Virus record (IMG/VR): IMGVR_UViG_3300022468_000500
Reading direction: 5' to 3' (one strand)
Source of the DNA: a virus
Lineage: Duplodnaviria; Heunggongvirae; Uroviricota; Caudoviricetes
DNA: 64,000 bases
A program made the translations under genes and the position numbers. How positions within the stretch are numbered: position 1 is the stretch's first letter; each line of letters opens with the position of its first letter. Below the pieces are notes generated by a model. That model did not search any database. It was given only the letters and a program-made list of their open reading frames with translations, and was not told the origin of the DNA. Positions 36,084 to 45,333 of this stretch are shown in pieces.

Positions 36084-36618
36084 AAACTCTCTTAATCCTG
36101 GATGGCACGACTACGTAGCTAATGCTCGTGACTTTAGAGTAGACACTTTCGTGGTACCTAAAAGCGGTTTTGGCCTGACGGACGTAGGTGTTCGAGTAAC
36201 ACATATCCCAAGTGGTAAATTTGTTGAAAGCTGTAAAGAACGTAGTCAGCTTAGAAACAGAGATGCTGCATTCAGTGAACTTATTGAAATTCTAAAGGAA
36301 GATAACAAAGTGCAAACTGTCCCAATTACTACACCTAAAATTCCTAGTAAATCCGTAGTGCTGGACATGTATGAGACTGCCACTACTAAGTGGCTCGATA
36401 AAGCTATTGACACCATTTCGGAGCTGTTAAAGTCTCCTAAATGGATTTTTGAAAATGCTCAAACAGGTCCTACTCGTTGGCAACTTAATCTTTCTGGTTA
36501 TCCATCTAATGGAGATATTAAAGCGCTAGGTAAGGAACTGAATGATGCTGGGTGGCTTACGTTCGAAATTCGACAAAGTAATGAAGGTAACACTCAAGTA
36601 ATTCTGTATAAGGATTAA
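36028..36618 (+). CDS. release-factor (RF-1/PCRF) domain protein lacking the GGQ motif (ArfB/PrfH-like)
   Basis: SGFGLTDVGVRVTHIPSGKFVESCKERSQLRNRDAAFSEL aligns to the RF catalytic domain ([41 protein letters not shown]) with GGQ replaced by GFGL. Confidence 0.55.
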   Translation: MSFKMADTDVVKTAVTAAKNSLNPGWHDYVANARDFRVDTFVVPKSGFGLTDVGVRVTHIPSGKFVESCKERSQLRNRDAAFSELIEILKEDNKVQTVPITTPKIPSKSVVLDMYETATTKWLDKAIDTISELLKSPKWIFENAQTGPTRWQLNLSGYPSNGDIKALGKELNDAGWLTFEIRQSNEGNTQVILYKD

Positions 36619-36620
36619 TC

Positions 36621-36809
36621 ATGGCAAGTAAAGATTCATTGCTACGAGCAGTAAAAAACTATGAAGAACTGATTGATTGGCTTGGTGAGGCTGTCGCGCC
36701 TCAAGTTTCGGGCGAACCACGAACTAAAGTGCTACAGGCAATTAAACTAGGTTACAAAGATGTGGCTGTTCTAACAACATTTATTGAGGATAATGTAGAT
36801 GAATCCTAA
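36621..36809 (+). CDS. hypothetical protein
   Basis: 62-aa ORF. Confidence 0.3.
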   Translation: MASKDSLLRAVKNYEELIDWLGEAVAPQVSGEPRTKVLQAIKLGYKDVAVLTTFIEDNVDES

Positions 36810-37032
36810 TATTGCTGGCCAAGCCTATATTTTGCGAGGAGTAGCACTACAGGTAGCAAAAGAGACTTACAAGGACTTTCTAAGTACTCTAGAGGCTGAA
36901 GCCCTTAAAGGTAACTTTCAATTAGTGGTTCCCAAAAGTCTTATAAAAGATGATAGCCTATTAAACGTGCTAATTCATCTAGGCTACGATGTTGAATCAC
37001 ATACCTCAGAAACTGTAGCAATTAGATGGTAG
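36799..37032 (+). CDS. hypothetical protein
   Basis: 77-aa ORF. Confidence 0.3.
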   Translation: MNPNIAGQAYILRGVALQVAKETYKDFLSTLEAEALKGNFQLVVPKSLIKDDSLLNVLIHLGYDVESHTSETVAIRW

Positions 37033-37274
37033 CACCTAAACACAGCCAACTAACTGTTCTACAAGCGGCCAAGCTGCTTGTAGAAACAGACTTAGCTTGG
37101 GAAGACATTTCTGAGCAAACCAAGATACCTGTAGCGACACTAAGGGACATTGCAGCCAAGAGACGCTACAATGTCCCTTTTTCAGTTGAACAAATGACAA
37201 AAGTTAGGAAACCTAGAGATGGAATCACCTTCGACTTGCTCCAATACGCCTTCCTCCCACGTTCTGGTGATTGA
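37026..37274 (+). CDS. hypothetical protein
   Basis: 82-aa ORF. Confidence 0.3.
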   Translation: MVAPKHSQLTVLQAAKLLVETDLAWEDISEQTKIPVATLRDIAAKRRYNVPFSVEQMTKVRKPRDGITFDLLQYAFLPRSGD

Positions 37275-37536
37275 CACACCTAAAACCCGTACTGCTACTT
37301 TTACTAGCATGTTTGAGCAGTGCTATCTGGGTAAAGGTAACACAGTAGTTGTAAGTACACCAGAACTAAACATTGAGCGTGTCATTACAGCTATTAATAA
37401 GTCCATGATTTTTATTGATGAATGCCCACCATGCCAACCCGCCGTAATAACTAATCAGGACGATCATCGTTCCAAGGACAACTTCCGACCAGCCAGTGAC
37501 TGGAACTACCTGCAACTAAGGAAAAAGAAATGGTAA
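37219..37536 (+). CDS. hypothetical protein
   Basis: 105-aa ORF. Confidence 0.3.
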   Translation: MESPSTCSNTPSSHVLVIDTPKTRTATFTSMFEQCYLGKGNTVVVSTPELNIERVITAINKSMIFIDECPPCQPAVITNQDDHRSKDNFRPASDWNYLQLRKKKW

Positions 37537-37823
37537 AGACTAAGCAAGAATTATACAAAGAGTTTGATGTTGCTAGACGTGAACTGAACGCTGCTCAAGC
37601 GCATGAACGTGAGTACCTAAAGCAACTACACCAACACATTCAGCAATCTCTGGAAAATAAGGCCTTCGAGATAGCAAAGCTCAAAGGCCCGTACCCTTTC
37701 CTCGATATTACTTACTGTGATTTTTATTTTATGGACTCTGGAATTGATGTTTCAATGTACGACGGTAATGGTGACTACGTAGACGAATGCCTAGTAACTT
37801 GGGAAGAATTAAATGCAGACTAA
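37530..37823 (+). CDS. tandem paralog family member 1
   Basis: C-terminal DECLVTWEELN shared with members 2 and 4. Confidence 0.45.
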   Translation: MVKTKQELYKEFDVARRELNAAQAHEREYLKQLHQHIQQSLENKAFEIAKLKGPYPFLDITYCDFYFMDSGIDVSMYDGNGDYVDECLVTWEELNAD

Positions 37824-38103
37824 AGACACATACTTTCAATTCGTCAGCGAACAAACAGCACTGCGTGAAAAGTTCTACAGTGACATAAAAGACCTTCATG
37901 CTAAATACGATAGTATTGAAAAGAAACTAAAGGCTAAGGCTTTTGAGGTTTCCGAGCTCAAAGAGCAGCGTATTCTACTAAGTGATGATGACGTACGCTT
38001 CTACTTCCACAATCATGGAGTCGAAGTAGTTATGGTAGATTACAACGGTGATTACATTGACGAATGCCTAGTAACCTGGGAACAACTAAATGACCCTACA
38101 TGA
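37813..38103 (+). CDS. tandem paralog family member 2
   Basis: ...VDYNGDYIDECLVTWEQLNDPT. Confidence 0.45.
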   Translation: MQTKDTYFQFVSEQTALREKFYSDIKDLHAKYDSIEKKLKAKAFEVSELKEQRILLSDDDVRFYFHNHGVEVVMVDYNGDYIDECLVTWEQLNDPT

Positions 38104-38359
38104 GCAATTTGTAACTACAAAACAAAAGCTAGCTGAACTTCATAGGCAGTGGTGTCAAACATACGCTGCACGTGCTGACACCTCAGAGCTAGATAAAAAG
38201 ATTTACGAGCTGAACCGTGAGGTTGCATGGGTGTATTACCATGTACGTAACAATCTAGCACTTGACGCTAAGGACGAGCTGTTCATGACGCCTGATTGTG
38301 TCTCTGTTAGGTACAGTTATCAAGCTACTACGATGTATAAATGGAGTGACGTAGAATGA
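38090..38359 (+). CDS. tandem paralog family member 3
   Basis: Starts MTLHEQF from the conserved junction ctaaatgaccctacatgagcaat. Confidence 0.45.
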   Translation: MTLHEQFVTTKQKLAELHRQWCQTYAARADTSELDKKIYELNREVAWVYYHVRNNLALDAKDELFMTPDCVSVRYSYQATTMYKWSDVE

Positions 38360-38637
38360 CCCTACATGAGCAATACCTAGCGTTTGCTTCAGCTAGTAAA
38401 ATTTTAATTGATGAAGAGAACCGCAAGTATGAGGCTCTTATTAAAGAACACAACAACATTGAGGATAGATTGGCTGTTGCAGCAGTAGCTTTTCTAAATC
38501 GTACTGGTGTTCCTGTAGCTAAGGAAGACTTAGAGTTTTACTTCAGCGATAGAGGTGTTGATGTTGGAATTTTCCAGGAAGATAAATTAGTAGCCGAACA
38601 CCTAGTAACTTGGGAGAAACTAAATGACCCTACATGA
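38356..38637 (+). CDS. tandem paralog family member 4
   Basis: MTLHEQY...HLVTWEKLNDPT. Confidence 0.45.
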   Translation: MTLHEQYLAFASASKILIDEENRKYEALIKEHNNIEDRLAVAAVAFLNRTGVPVAKEDLEFYFSDRGVDVGIFQEDKLVAEHLVTWEKLNDPT

Positions 38638-38899
38638 GCAATTTCAAAGACTAAAGCTAGACGAAGGCATCCTGACTAAAGAATGGAAACGCATCTTCGA
38701 TCAAAACCCTCAACAAGCTGAAGACTTCTATCTAGAGCATATTGACCCTGTTCAATTAAAGCTACTGGCTCTAGAGAAAGAAGTGCTAAAAGCTCTAAAG
38801 TACGATGCAGGCACAGAGATTGTACTTAGTCACAGCCTAATCAGCGTATACCCTAAGGCTTTCCACAATGGCTACCACTATCACTGGACGATGGTATGA
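38624..38899 (+). CDS. tandem paralog family member 5
   Basis: MTLHEQF... Confidence 0.45.
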   Translation: MTLHEQFQRLKLDEGILTKEWKRIFDQNPQQAEDFYLEHIDPVQLKLLALEKEVLKALKYDAGTEIVLSHSLISVYPKAFHNGYHYHWTMV

Positions 38900-39219
38900 C
38901 CCTACGTGAGCAATTCAAGAAGCTTAAAAACGACTTACAGTCCAGTCTGCCTGACCTGGATATTCATACTGTAACCTTCAGCGATGCAGGAATCACTTAC
39001 AAAGATTGGTTCGGTCAACCAAAGCAGATCAGCTGGGGTCGGGTTGACACGCTAGACTTCAGAACTCTGGCAATTGAGCGAGCTAGAGTAATGTACAAAG
39101 TCACAGAAAACCCTAAGGCAATCGCTATTTCTGATAAAGAGGTCGAGCTAGAATTCTCCAATTTTAGGGTTATCCTCACTAAAGAGTTTTTGCTAGACAA
39201 AGCTGTAGTTTATCGCTAA
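38896..39219 (+). CDS. tandem paralog family member 6
   Basis: MTLREQF... Confidence 0.45.
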   Translation: MTLREQFKKLKNDLQSSLPDLDIHTVTFSDAGITYKDWFGQPKQISWGRVDTLDFRTLAIERARVMYKVTENPKAIAISDKEVELEFSNFRVILTKEFLLDKAVVYR

Positions 39220-39244
39220 TTCCATATGCTGAGAAAAATGAGCT

Positions 39245-39272
39245 TGCTAAATATCTTTGCGTGTGATATAAT
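39245..39272 (+). promoter_or_regulatory. promoter TTGCTA-N16-TATAAT with extended -10
   Basis: ttgctaaatatctttgcgtgtgatataat. Confidence 0.5.
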
Positions 39273-39561
39273 TTATTATAAGATTAGCTAGACAAGATAA
39301 TCAAAGAAATACACTAAACCGAAAATCTTAAGATTTTACAAATTGCTCCCCAGCTCGCGTCCCCAAAAGCAATTTGAAAAAACTCCAAAGATTTCTCGGT
39401 TTTGGAGTATTTCGTAAGAAAGAGCGAATAGCCACGTGTTATTAAAATAACATTAAAAATTCACATTATTTATGTTTTAATCCATAAATTTTTACTTACT
39501 ACGGGCCAACGCGCTCGTTTTGCTTTTTCTGCTTTCAAAATCTAAGACGAAAATAACATTC

Positions 39562-39590
39562 TTGATCGCATTGACCCGCTCTGATATAAT
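39562..39590 (+). promoter_or_regulatory. consensus promoter TTGATC-N17-TATAAT
   Basis: ttgatcgcattgacccgctctgatataat; followed by hairpin ctagccacatcttgatcggctag plus tctttt at 39622-39652. Confidence 0.6.
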
Positions 39591-39650
39591 TTACTCATGC
39601 GACAAACATCGCATACCCTCTCTAGCCACATCTTGATCGGCTAGGGTCTT

Positions 39651-39678
39651 TTACACCAATTCCTAGCTCTTGTATAAT
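39651..39678 (+). promoter_or_regulatory. promoter TTACAC-N16-TATAAT with extended -10
   Basis: ttacaccaattcctagctcttgtataat upstream of the 39743 gene. Confidence 0.5.
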
Positions 39679-39742
39679 TTTAGCTAGCAAGCTTTTAAAA
39701 ATTAGCAATGCAAGATAAGCTAGGGTCACAAAGGAAAATTAA

Positions 39743-40633
39743 ATGTCAACTAAATTATCTCGAATCAACTGGCCTGCCCTAGCTGCCACACTAACCCCAC
39801 ATTTACCAGATTTACACTTTCTAAAGACCAATCCGAATATTCTAGATGTTCATGTCATTAGTAAAGACCCAGACGTAATGCCTCAACTCATGTTCCTGAT
39901 TGGGAATAGGTTCAAACCTATAATGAGTACTGAAACTGGTAAATATAGTTTTGCAGCTACTTCAGCAGAAATGGTACGTGCAGTTCAAGCCCAAGAAGTA
40001 ACTTGGGATGGTACAAAAAACTCTAGTCCTATTAGCTTTAACGCTCTACGTGGAATGCTGATGCTAATGAAGATTAACCCACGCGGAGTTATCATGCCTG
40101 CAGGGACGACTCAATCAAAAGCGCCCGGAACAGGCTTTTGTAGCTTCGTACCTCTAATTTTAGCAGCTTGGAAACGTCATCAAAAAATTAAATACAGTGA
40201 GTGGGACTGGCAAGAACCTCTAGAAGCTCGTAGAAAGCTCCTAGATAAGGACTTTGCTGAGTACTCTGAATACTTTAATAAGCCAGAAGTAATTGATCAA
40301 TTTAGTGTAGAAGAACTACAACAGTTCAGAGATCAAGCACGTGTAGTAGCCAGTACTGGCAGAATTAACGCGCCAGAAGCTACTGCGATCATTACTAAAC
40401 AACGCGACCCAGCATTTAAGAGTCTGCCCAAACTACTACAATTCAGCCTATTACAATTATGGGCTTGTTGCCCTCATCTTTGGAACGAGAGTATGGTTAC
40501 TAATATTCTAAGTCTAGATGAGCCTCTAGTTTCGAATTACAGTGAATTTAGCAAAGCACTATTCGAAGCCCCGAGTTACAATGAGCCTACTTCAGCTGAA
40601 GTGTCGAATGTGGACTACTCACAAGCATTTTAA
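39743..40633 (+). CDS. hypothetical protein
   Basis: 296-aa ORF behind three tandem promoters. Confidence 0.45.
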   Translation: MSTKLSRINWPALAATLTPHLPDLHFLKTNPNILDVHVISKDPDVMPQLMFLIGNRFKPIMSTETGKYSFAATSAEMVRAVQAQEVTWDGTKNSSPISFNALRGMLMLMKINPRGVIMPAGTTQSKAPGTGFCSFVPLILAAWKRHQKIKYSEWDWQEPLEARRKLLDKDFAEYSEYFNKPEVIDQFSVEELQQFRDQARVVASTGRINAPEATAIITKQRDPAFKSLPKLLQFSLLQLWACCPHLWNESMVTNILSLDEPLVSNYSEFSKALFEAPSYNEPTSAEVSNVDYSQAF

Positions 40634-40636
40634 CAC

Positions 40637-40936
40637 ATGGACAAAAAACAACAATTAGAGTACATGGTAGAGCAATATAAGGCAGGAAAGCCTGTAGAGG
40701 AAATTGCACTACATCTAGAAACTACACCTCGTAGCGTTATCGCGCGCTTAAGTGCACACGGATGTTACGTCAAAAAGGTTTACAAGACGAAACAAGGCGA
40801 AGAACCTAGGTCTAAAGCCGACATGGTCGAAGCGATCGCCACATTACTAGGGGTTAATCTCGACCTCCTAGAGAGCATGGAAAAATGCAATAAAAGTGTA
40901 TTAAAACTATTAGAAAACGCACTAACTCCTAAATAA
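40637..40936 (+). CDS. A2-like HTH DNA-binding protein (paralog 1 of 4)
   Basis: Shares the TPRSVIARLS...KKVYKTKQGEE...KCNKSVLKLL architecture with 44139..44447, 46167..46568 and 50716..51063. Confidence 0.5.
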   Translation: MDKKQQLEYMVEQYKAGKPVEEIALHLETTPRSVIARLSAHGCYVKKVYKTKQGEEPRSKADMVEAIATLLGVNLDLLESMEKCNKSVLKLLENALTPK

Positions 40937-40966
40937 ATAAAGCCCCTGAATCGTGAGACTCAGGGG
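40930..40966 (+). terminator. rho-independent terminator
   Basis: agcccctgaatcgtgagactcaggggct followed by ttttc. Confidence 0.6.
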
Positions 40967-41247
40967 CTTTTTCATTATTAAGCGGTATTATTCAAGTCCG
41001 CCGTTCAAGCAGATAATTTTTGGCGCCCACAGCGAGAAAGGGCGCAGAACAGATTTAAAAAATAATTCTCGCGGGTATATTGACCTACCCAACTTCTGCG
41101 GACAGCTCCGCCTAACAATTTTATTGACATAATGGCTCCATAATTTGCCCTTTCGACCCTATCTGATCGAATCTCACTCATACTCATAAATTGCTCCCGC
41201 CCTGTGAAAATTTTCAAAAGCTGAGCAGAGTAATCGCACGGTAAAGG

Positions 41248-41331
41248 CAGAGTAAAAATAAACTTTACTCTGCGATTACTCTGTGATATAATAGCAGAGT
41301 AAAAAATAATTTTACTCTGCACTTTACTCTG
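41248..41331 (+). promoter_or_regulatory. operator-flanked promoter: two 25-bp palindromes bracketing a tgatataat -10
   Basis: cagagtaaaaataaactttactctg (41248-41272) and cagagtaaaaaataattttactctg (41295-41319) flank TATAAT at 41287-41292; extra half-site tttactctg at 41323-41331. Confidence 0.55.
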
Positions 41332-41343
41332 CAAGGATTTCCC

Positions 41344-41724
41344 ATGAATGAACTAACTTTCCCAAAATTCTACAATGTTGATGAACTTCTACGTATGCTC
41401 GTGGAGGGTCAGGATGTGCTAGAATTCACAGGCTACGCCAGTGAAGCCGCACTAGCCAAAGCACTAAGCAAATACTGCCCAAATAGACCAGCTAAGGCCG
41501 GCGTACTTGCCTACTTACGATCACTGAGCCCCAAAACAACAAAACCAGGCTTAGGTACGCCAATGACAAGAATAGTAAAAGGCAAAGAATATGTGTACGC
41601 TTTATTAGACGGTGATAACATAAGCTATGTACGTCCAGTAGAAAGTGACCCAGATTACGAAGATCGTATCATGCACTACAAGAAAGACCTAGGCCTTAGT
41701 GTATTCGACGAACTGCCCGCGTAA
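41344..41724 (+). CDS. hypothetical protein
   Basis: 126-aa ORF downstream of the operator-flanked promoter. Confidence 0.4.
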   Translation: MNELTFPKFYNVDELLRMLVEGQDVLEFTGYASEAALAKALSKYCPNRPAKAGVLAYLRSLSPKTTKPGLGTPMTRIVKGKEYVYALLDGDNISYVRPVESDPDYEDRIMHYKKDLGLSVFDELPA

Positions 41725-41854
41725 CGATTAAAATTACGGAGGTTTAGCACTTGAATTGGCGCAGCCACACTTTATTATAGCACGGCGGCCGCGGCTTTGT
41801 CAACTGCATAATTCAAAGAGACTCTCCAATTGGTAAAACAAACGAGCAAAACAA

Positions 41855-41925
41855 AGCCCACTAAGATAGCAAGTCTTAGTGGGCTTTGAACAGTCGGGAT
41901 GGCCATCCCTGTCAGTTTTTTACGC
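41855..41925 (+). terminator. tandem terminator hairpins
   Basis: aaagcccactaag...cttagtgggctttg, then gggatggccatccc followed by tgtcagtttttt. Confidence 0.5.
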
Positions 41926-44138
41926 AAAATAATAAGTAAATGTAGACACCAGACCACCCATTACAGATGCCAGGGAATCGATACCCTGATACTTCTTATT
42001 ACTTCACTTGGCTGAATCATCACAGCCCTGTACGTAGCCAGTACTCGGGAGCATGTTAGGGACATTGCTCAACCCACCTAGGATTTTACGTACTTGTTGT
42101 ACGGATGACTTATTATAGGCCATCTGCCCTCAGATTTCACCAGAGGTTAGTAACGTTAGCAGGTGTTAGCTTCCTGATAAAGCTGAATTTGGCCCAGCTA
42201 TAGGCTAACTAGTTTACTAGTATATAGCGTCTTTTACAGCTTAACGCCGCTGTTTGAGTTATACGTACTCCACGCATCTGCGTACTTCATGGCGAACCTT
42301 CGGCAGAGAGTGCATGTTCTGACCCTGTCTTATCTATCTAGTAAATAAGGAGTCACAGTAGACGACCACCACTGAGTTGCTATTTAGAGTCGTACAACCA
42401 CCGACTAGAGGAGCCATATTTTTTGTCTGGGCCGCGACAGAGGACAATTGTTTTTACCGGTCAGCATGCATGACCGCTAGTAGTTTAACGCCCGGTAGCT
42501 GGGCGGCCAGCTCCTACTTAATTCGGCAGCTGGACGGTAGATTGATATAAAGCACATATGACTCTAGGAGACTTGCCGCGATACACCAATAATGCTAGTA
42601 GGTAAACCATTCCATACATTTCCCGGTTGAAAGTCCGGACGACTTAGGTTAGTCGATAGCATAGATATATTCTCTTAAGAGTATGTCACTAGCTAGTGAC
42701 TCTATATCCTGACCCTAGGTGAGCAAGTCGTGAACCAGTGTGGGCCGGTTCAGCAAGACTCGCCCGAGAGCTAGAGTTTCGAGCATTTTAGCAATCTACG
42801 CATACTGGGTTATGCGCAAGTAGGGGAGAACTACTATGCAAGGCTGCTCATCATCAGAGGGTCACCTTAACTCAAAACTTATTGGTCCACGCAGTACGAG
42901 TCGTCTAGTCGAGGTTACTGATCTTGTGTACCGCTTAACCAGTATGTAAATGTTTCATGTTCCAGGTATAATAAGGTCTGCCGACCTCGTTAACATTTCA
43001 CACTACAATCATTCACTCCATAGGCCGATACAGACTCGCCAGTAGCTGTCTTTCGATCTTACTCTAGCAACGGCAGCTGCCACTGCGTGGGCCAATAAGA
43101 CCTGGCACTTAAGCCAGAACTCACTGGGGCTGTGCACCGGTTTTAGTACCTGCACAATTAAGGACGTTACCGCTGTCCACCAATCAACCGTTCGGGTAAG
43201 CCATTACTAGGTTGATTTAATTAATAAATTGTCATTATAATTGAAGAACGACAGGGCGGTTATTTTAGACTGCCCGCGCGCTACGATGAGCGACTAAAAA
43301 TAGACTTTGCCAATTGACGAAACATCGACTAAAATACCATGACCTATTTGAGACAAGCGCTCGCTACAACATGGTAGAGTCATCTATACTTTGCCGTATT
43401 TCAAGTCAGACAGCTTCATAGTAAACAGTTAACTTCATTGCGTTGGTCTACTTACGGCACAGCAGCTACGGCGGCTCAGATTAGACACTAGTTAGGTTGG
43501 TGAAGTTCGTTACGGTCTGCTGTCTGACTTTATATATCAATTATACAGTCTTTAAGTAATCAAGGCAAGTAAGAATTTTCTGAGTACGTTACGAATCATC
43601 GTATTGCCTTGACATACATTATTATACCAAATTACACAACACAGATCAAGTTCAAATTCTAAATCCTTTATGATAAACAACTGAACAAAACCTAAATTCC
43701 TCTTATATACTCTAAATTAATCTCTAATAAGATCGTTTATCGCATATCGTCCGCCTTTCTCGGTTGTTTTTGATATTCTCTTTATCACTAAAGAAACTTT
43801 ATTATACAGCGCTTTGGCTGTCTTATCAAGTACAAAATTCGAAATGCTTCGGTCAAGCCACCCACAATATCTAAAGTCTAAGTAGTTAGATATTTCCAAT
43901 CAGGCCGGAATCGCCGTGGTCGCTTGCCGAAGCTCTGAGGTGTGTCATTAATAACCTCATTGGTTTCTACTCTGACCCTATCTGGTTTGGATGGGGCACC
44001 ATCGTGGTGAAAGGACACTTGAAGGAGGTAATATGAAAATGGCAACCAAGGATAACCGCCAGGAAACTTTAGTTATTTCATAAGCTACGCGGCCAAGACG
44101 CAGCACCAGTAGTGTCAGAGTAGAAAGCGATGAAATCA

Positions 44139-44447
44139 TTAGAAGCTTAGAGAACCTGGTTGCTTATTCCTAAGAGAAGCAAGTACAAGTTCTAACGCTT
44201 CGTGGTTAGCTTTTTCTAGTGATGCAATTTTAGCACGATCGCAGCCAGAGATACCTGCAATACGATCCACCAGATCAGCTTTAGTTGTTCGTGAAGTTTT
44301 GTTAGGATTACTAGAGATAGGTTTGCCGTTGCTTAGGTACATAGCGACAGTGCCGGCCGTGATACCACAGATTCTAGCAATATCGCTGACAGCAGCACCA
44401 TCAAACCACAGCGAATTAACTCTGTCTCTCATCTGGTCTACTGTCAT
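44139..44447 (-). CDS. A2-like HTH DNA-binding protein (paralog 2 of 4)
   Basis: ICGITAGTVAMYLS...KADLVDRIAGISG...LEKANHEALELVL parallels the other paralogs. Confidence 0.45.
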   Translation of the reverse strand: MTVDQMRDRVNSLWFDGAAVSDIARICGITAGTVAMYLSNGKPISSNPNKTSRTTKADLVDRIAGISGCDRAKIASLEKANHEALELVLASLRNKQPGSLSF

Positions 44448-44448
44448 A

Positions 44449-44679
44449 CTAGCTATTCCTCGACTTTATATATCTATTATACGCTGATTTACCAAGAGAG
44501 TCAAGTAAACTTTTATCAATCTCAATCAGTGTAAACTCTTTTTGTCTCGCTAAGCCTATATTATACAGATTTGTAGTTCGCTTTGCAAGATCAGAATTTG
44601 AAACGTAATCAGTGTAGTATTCCCCACTGAATGGGCAAAGCGCTATAGTTTTTACTTGTCTGTTATTCATATTGCCCAA
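44449..44679 (-). CDS. hypothetical protein
   Basis: 76-aa ORF. Confidence 0.3.
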   Translation of the reverse strand: MGNMNNRQVKTIALCPFSGEYYTDYVSNSDLAKRTTNLYNIGLARQKEFTLIEIDKSLLDSLGKSAYNRYIKSRNS

Positions 44680-44839
44680 ATCACTGTAATCTAGCCTATA
44701 TTATACAATAAATGACAAAATCAGTCAAATTTATGATTTTAAACGTGTTTTTGGCCTAAAAATTAACAATTTTGCATGTTTTTCGCTGTTTTTGTGAATT
44801 TAACCTCATAATTATGCGCTTATTTCGTTCAAAATACGA

Positions 44840-45110
44840 AGTTTTTGCACTTGAACCTAGCTGATCTAGATGCCAAGGATTAGCACTAGCTTTCATTTTC
44901 ACATGAGTTTATCCACTAACCCGCACGTAATGCCAAGATTTTGCACTTGCCAAGGTTTTGCACTGGCGCAACCCACCTAACCGGTGAGTTGCAACTAAGA
45001 CGACTTGGTCGCGACTTGAGCGTATACGTCGCGAATTGAACGTATGAGGCACGAATGCAGTATTTTAGTCGTAACGCATACGTATTAGTCACGAATTAAA
45101 CGTATGAGTC
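44840..45110. repeat. direct-repeat cluster (TTTTGCACT / TGCCAAG repeats, DnaA-box-like tttatccac, four about 20-bp iteron-like repeats GTCGCGAMTTGARCGTAT)
   Basis: ttttgcact at 44843, 44938, 44956; tgccaag at 44871, 44931, 44949; tttatccac at 44908; tandem gtcgcgacttgagcgtat / gtcgcgaattgaacgtat / gtcgtaacgcatacgtat / gtcacgaattaaacgtat at 45009-45109. Confidence 0.5.
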
Positions 45111-45198
45111 GTGACCGATCAGTCACCGCACCAGATATGACCCACCCATTATAGCACGAAAAACAATACCCCTACGAAAAATAAGTTATAAATATTCC

Positions 45199-45227
45199 TT
45201 GCACAAGCCTGGAGCTTGAGGTATAAT
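45199..45227 (+). promoter_or_regulatory. cassette promoter TTGCAC-N17-TATAAT (copy 1 of a repeated unit)
   Basis: Preceded by conserved ccctacgaaaaataag UP-like block. Confidence 0.55.
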
Positions 45228-45233
45228 TTTGGC

Positions 45234-45300
45234 GCACCCAAATGCGAATGATTCTCATTCGCTGCCTGGCCGAATAAGAATCATTCCACCAGGTACACGT
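45234..45300 (+). ncRNA. candidate small RNA (promoter-hairpin-terminator cassette copy 1)
   Basis: Begins a few nt after the -10; contains hairpin gcgaatgattctcattcgc; ends at terminator 45301-45333. Confidence 0.3.
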
Positions 45301-45333
45301 AAAAAAGCCCGGACAATCCGGGCTTTTGTCTTT
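45301..45333. terminator. bidirectional rho-independent terminator
   Basis: aaaaaagcccggacaatccgggcttttgtcttt. Confidence 0.65.

Noticed and set aside
41005-41334. 109-aa minus-strand ORF across the operator-flanked promoter
   Set aside because: It runs through the palindromic operators and the -10 element of the 41344 gene. It lacks its own promoter and RBS, so it is probably noncoding.
41775-43899. Small ORFs 41775..41957 and 43717..43899 in the spacer
   Set aside because: They are isolated 60-aa ORFs with no start signals in a region that otherwise looks noncoding. That matches the number of ORFs expected by chance.
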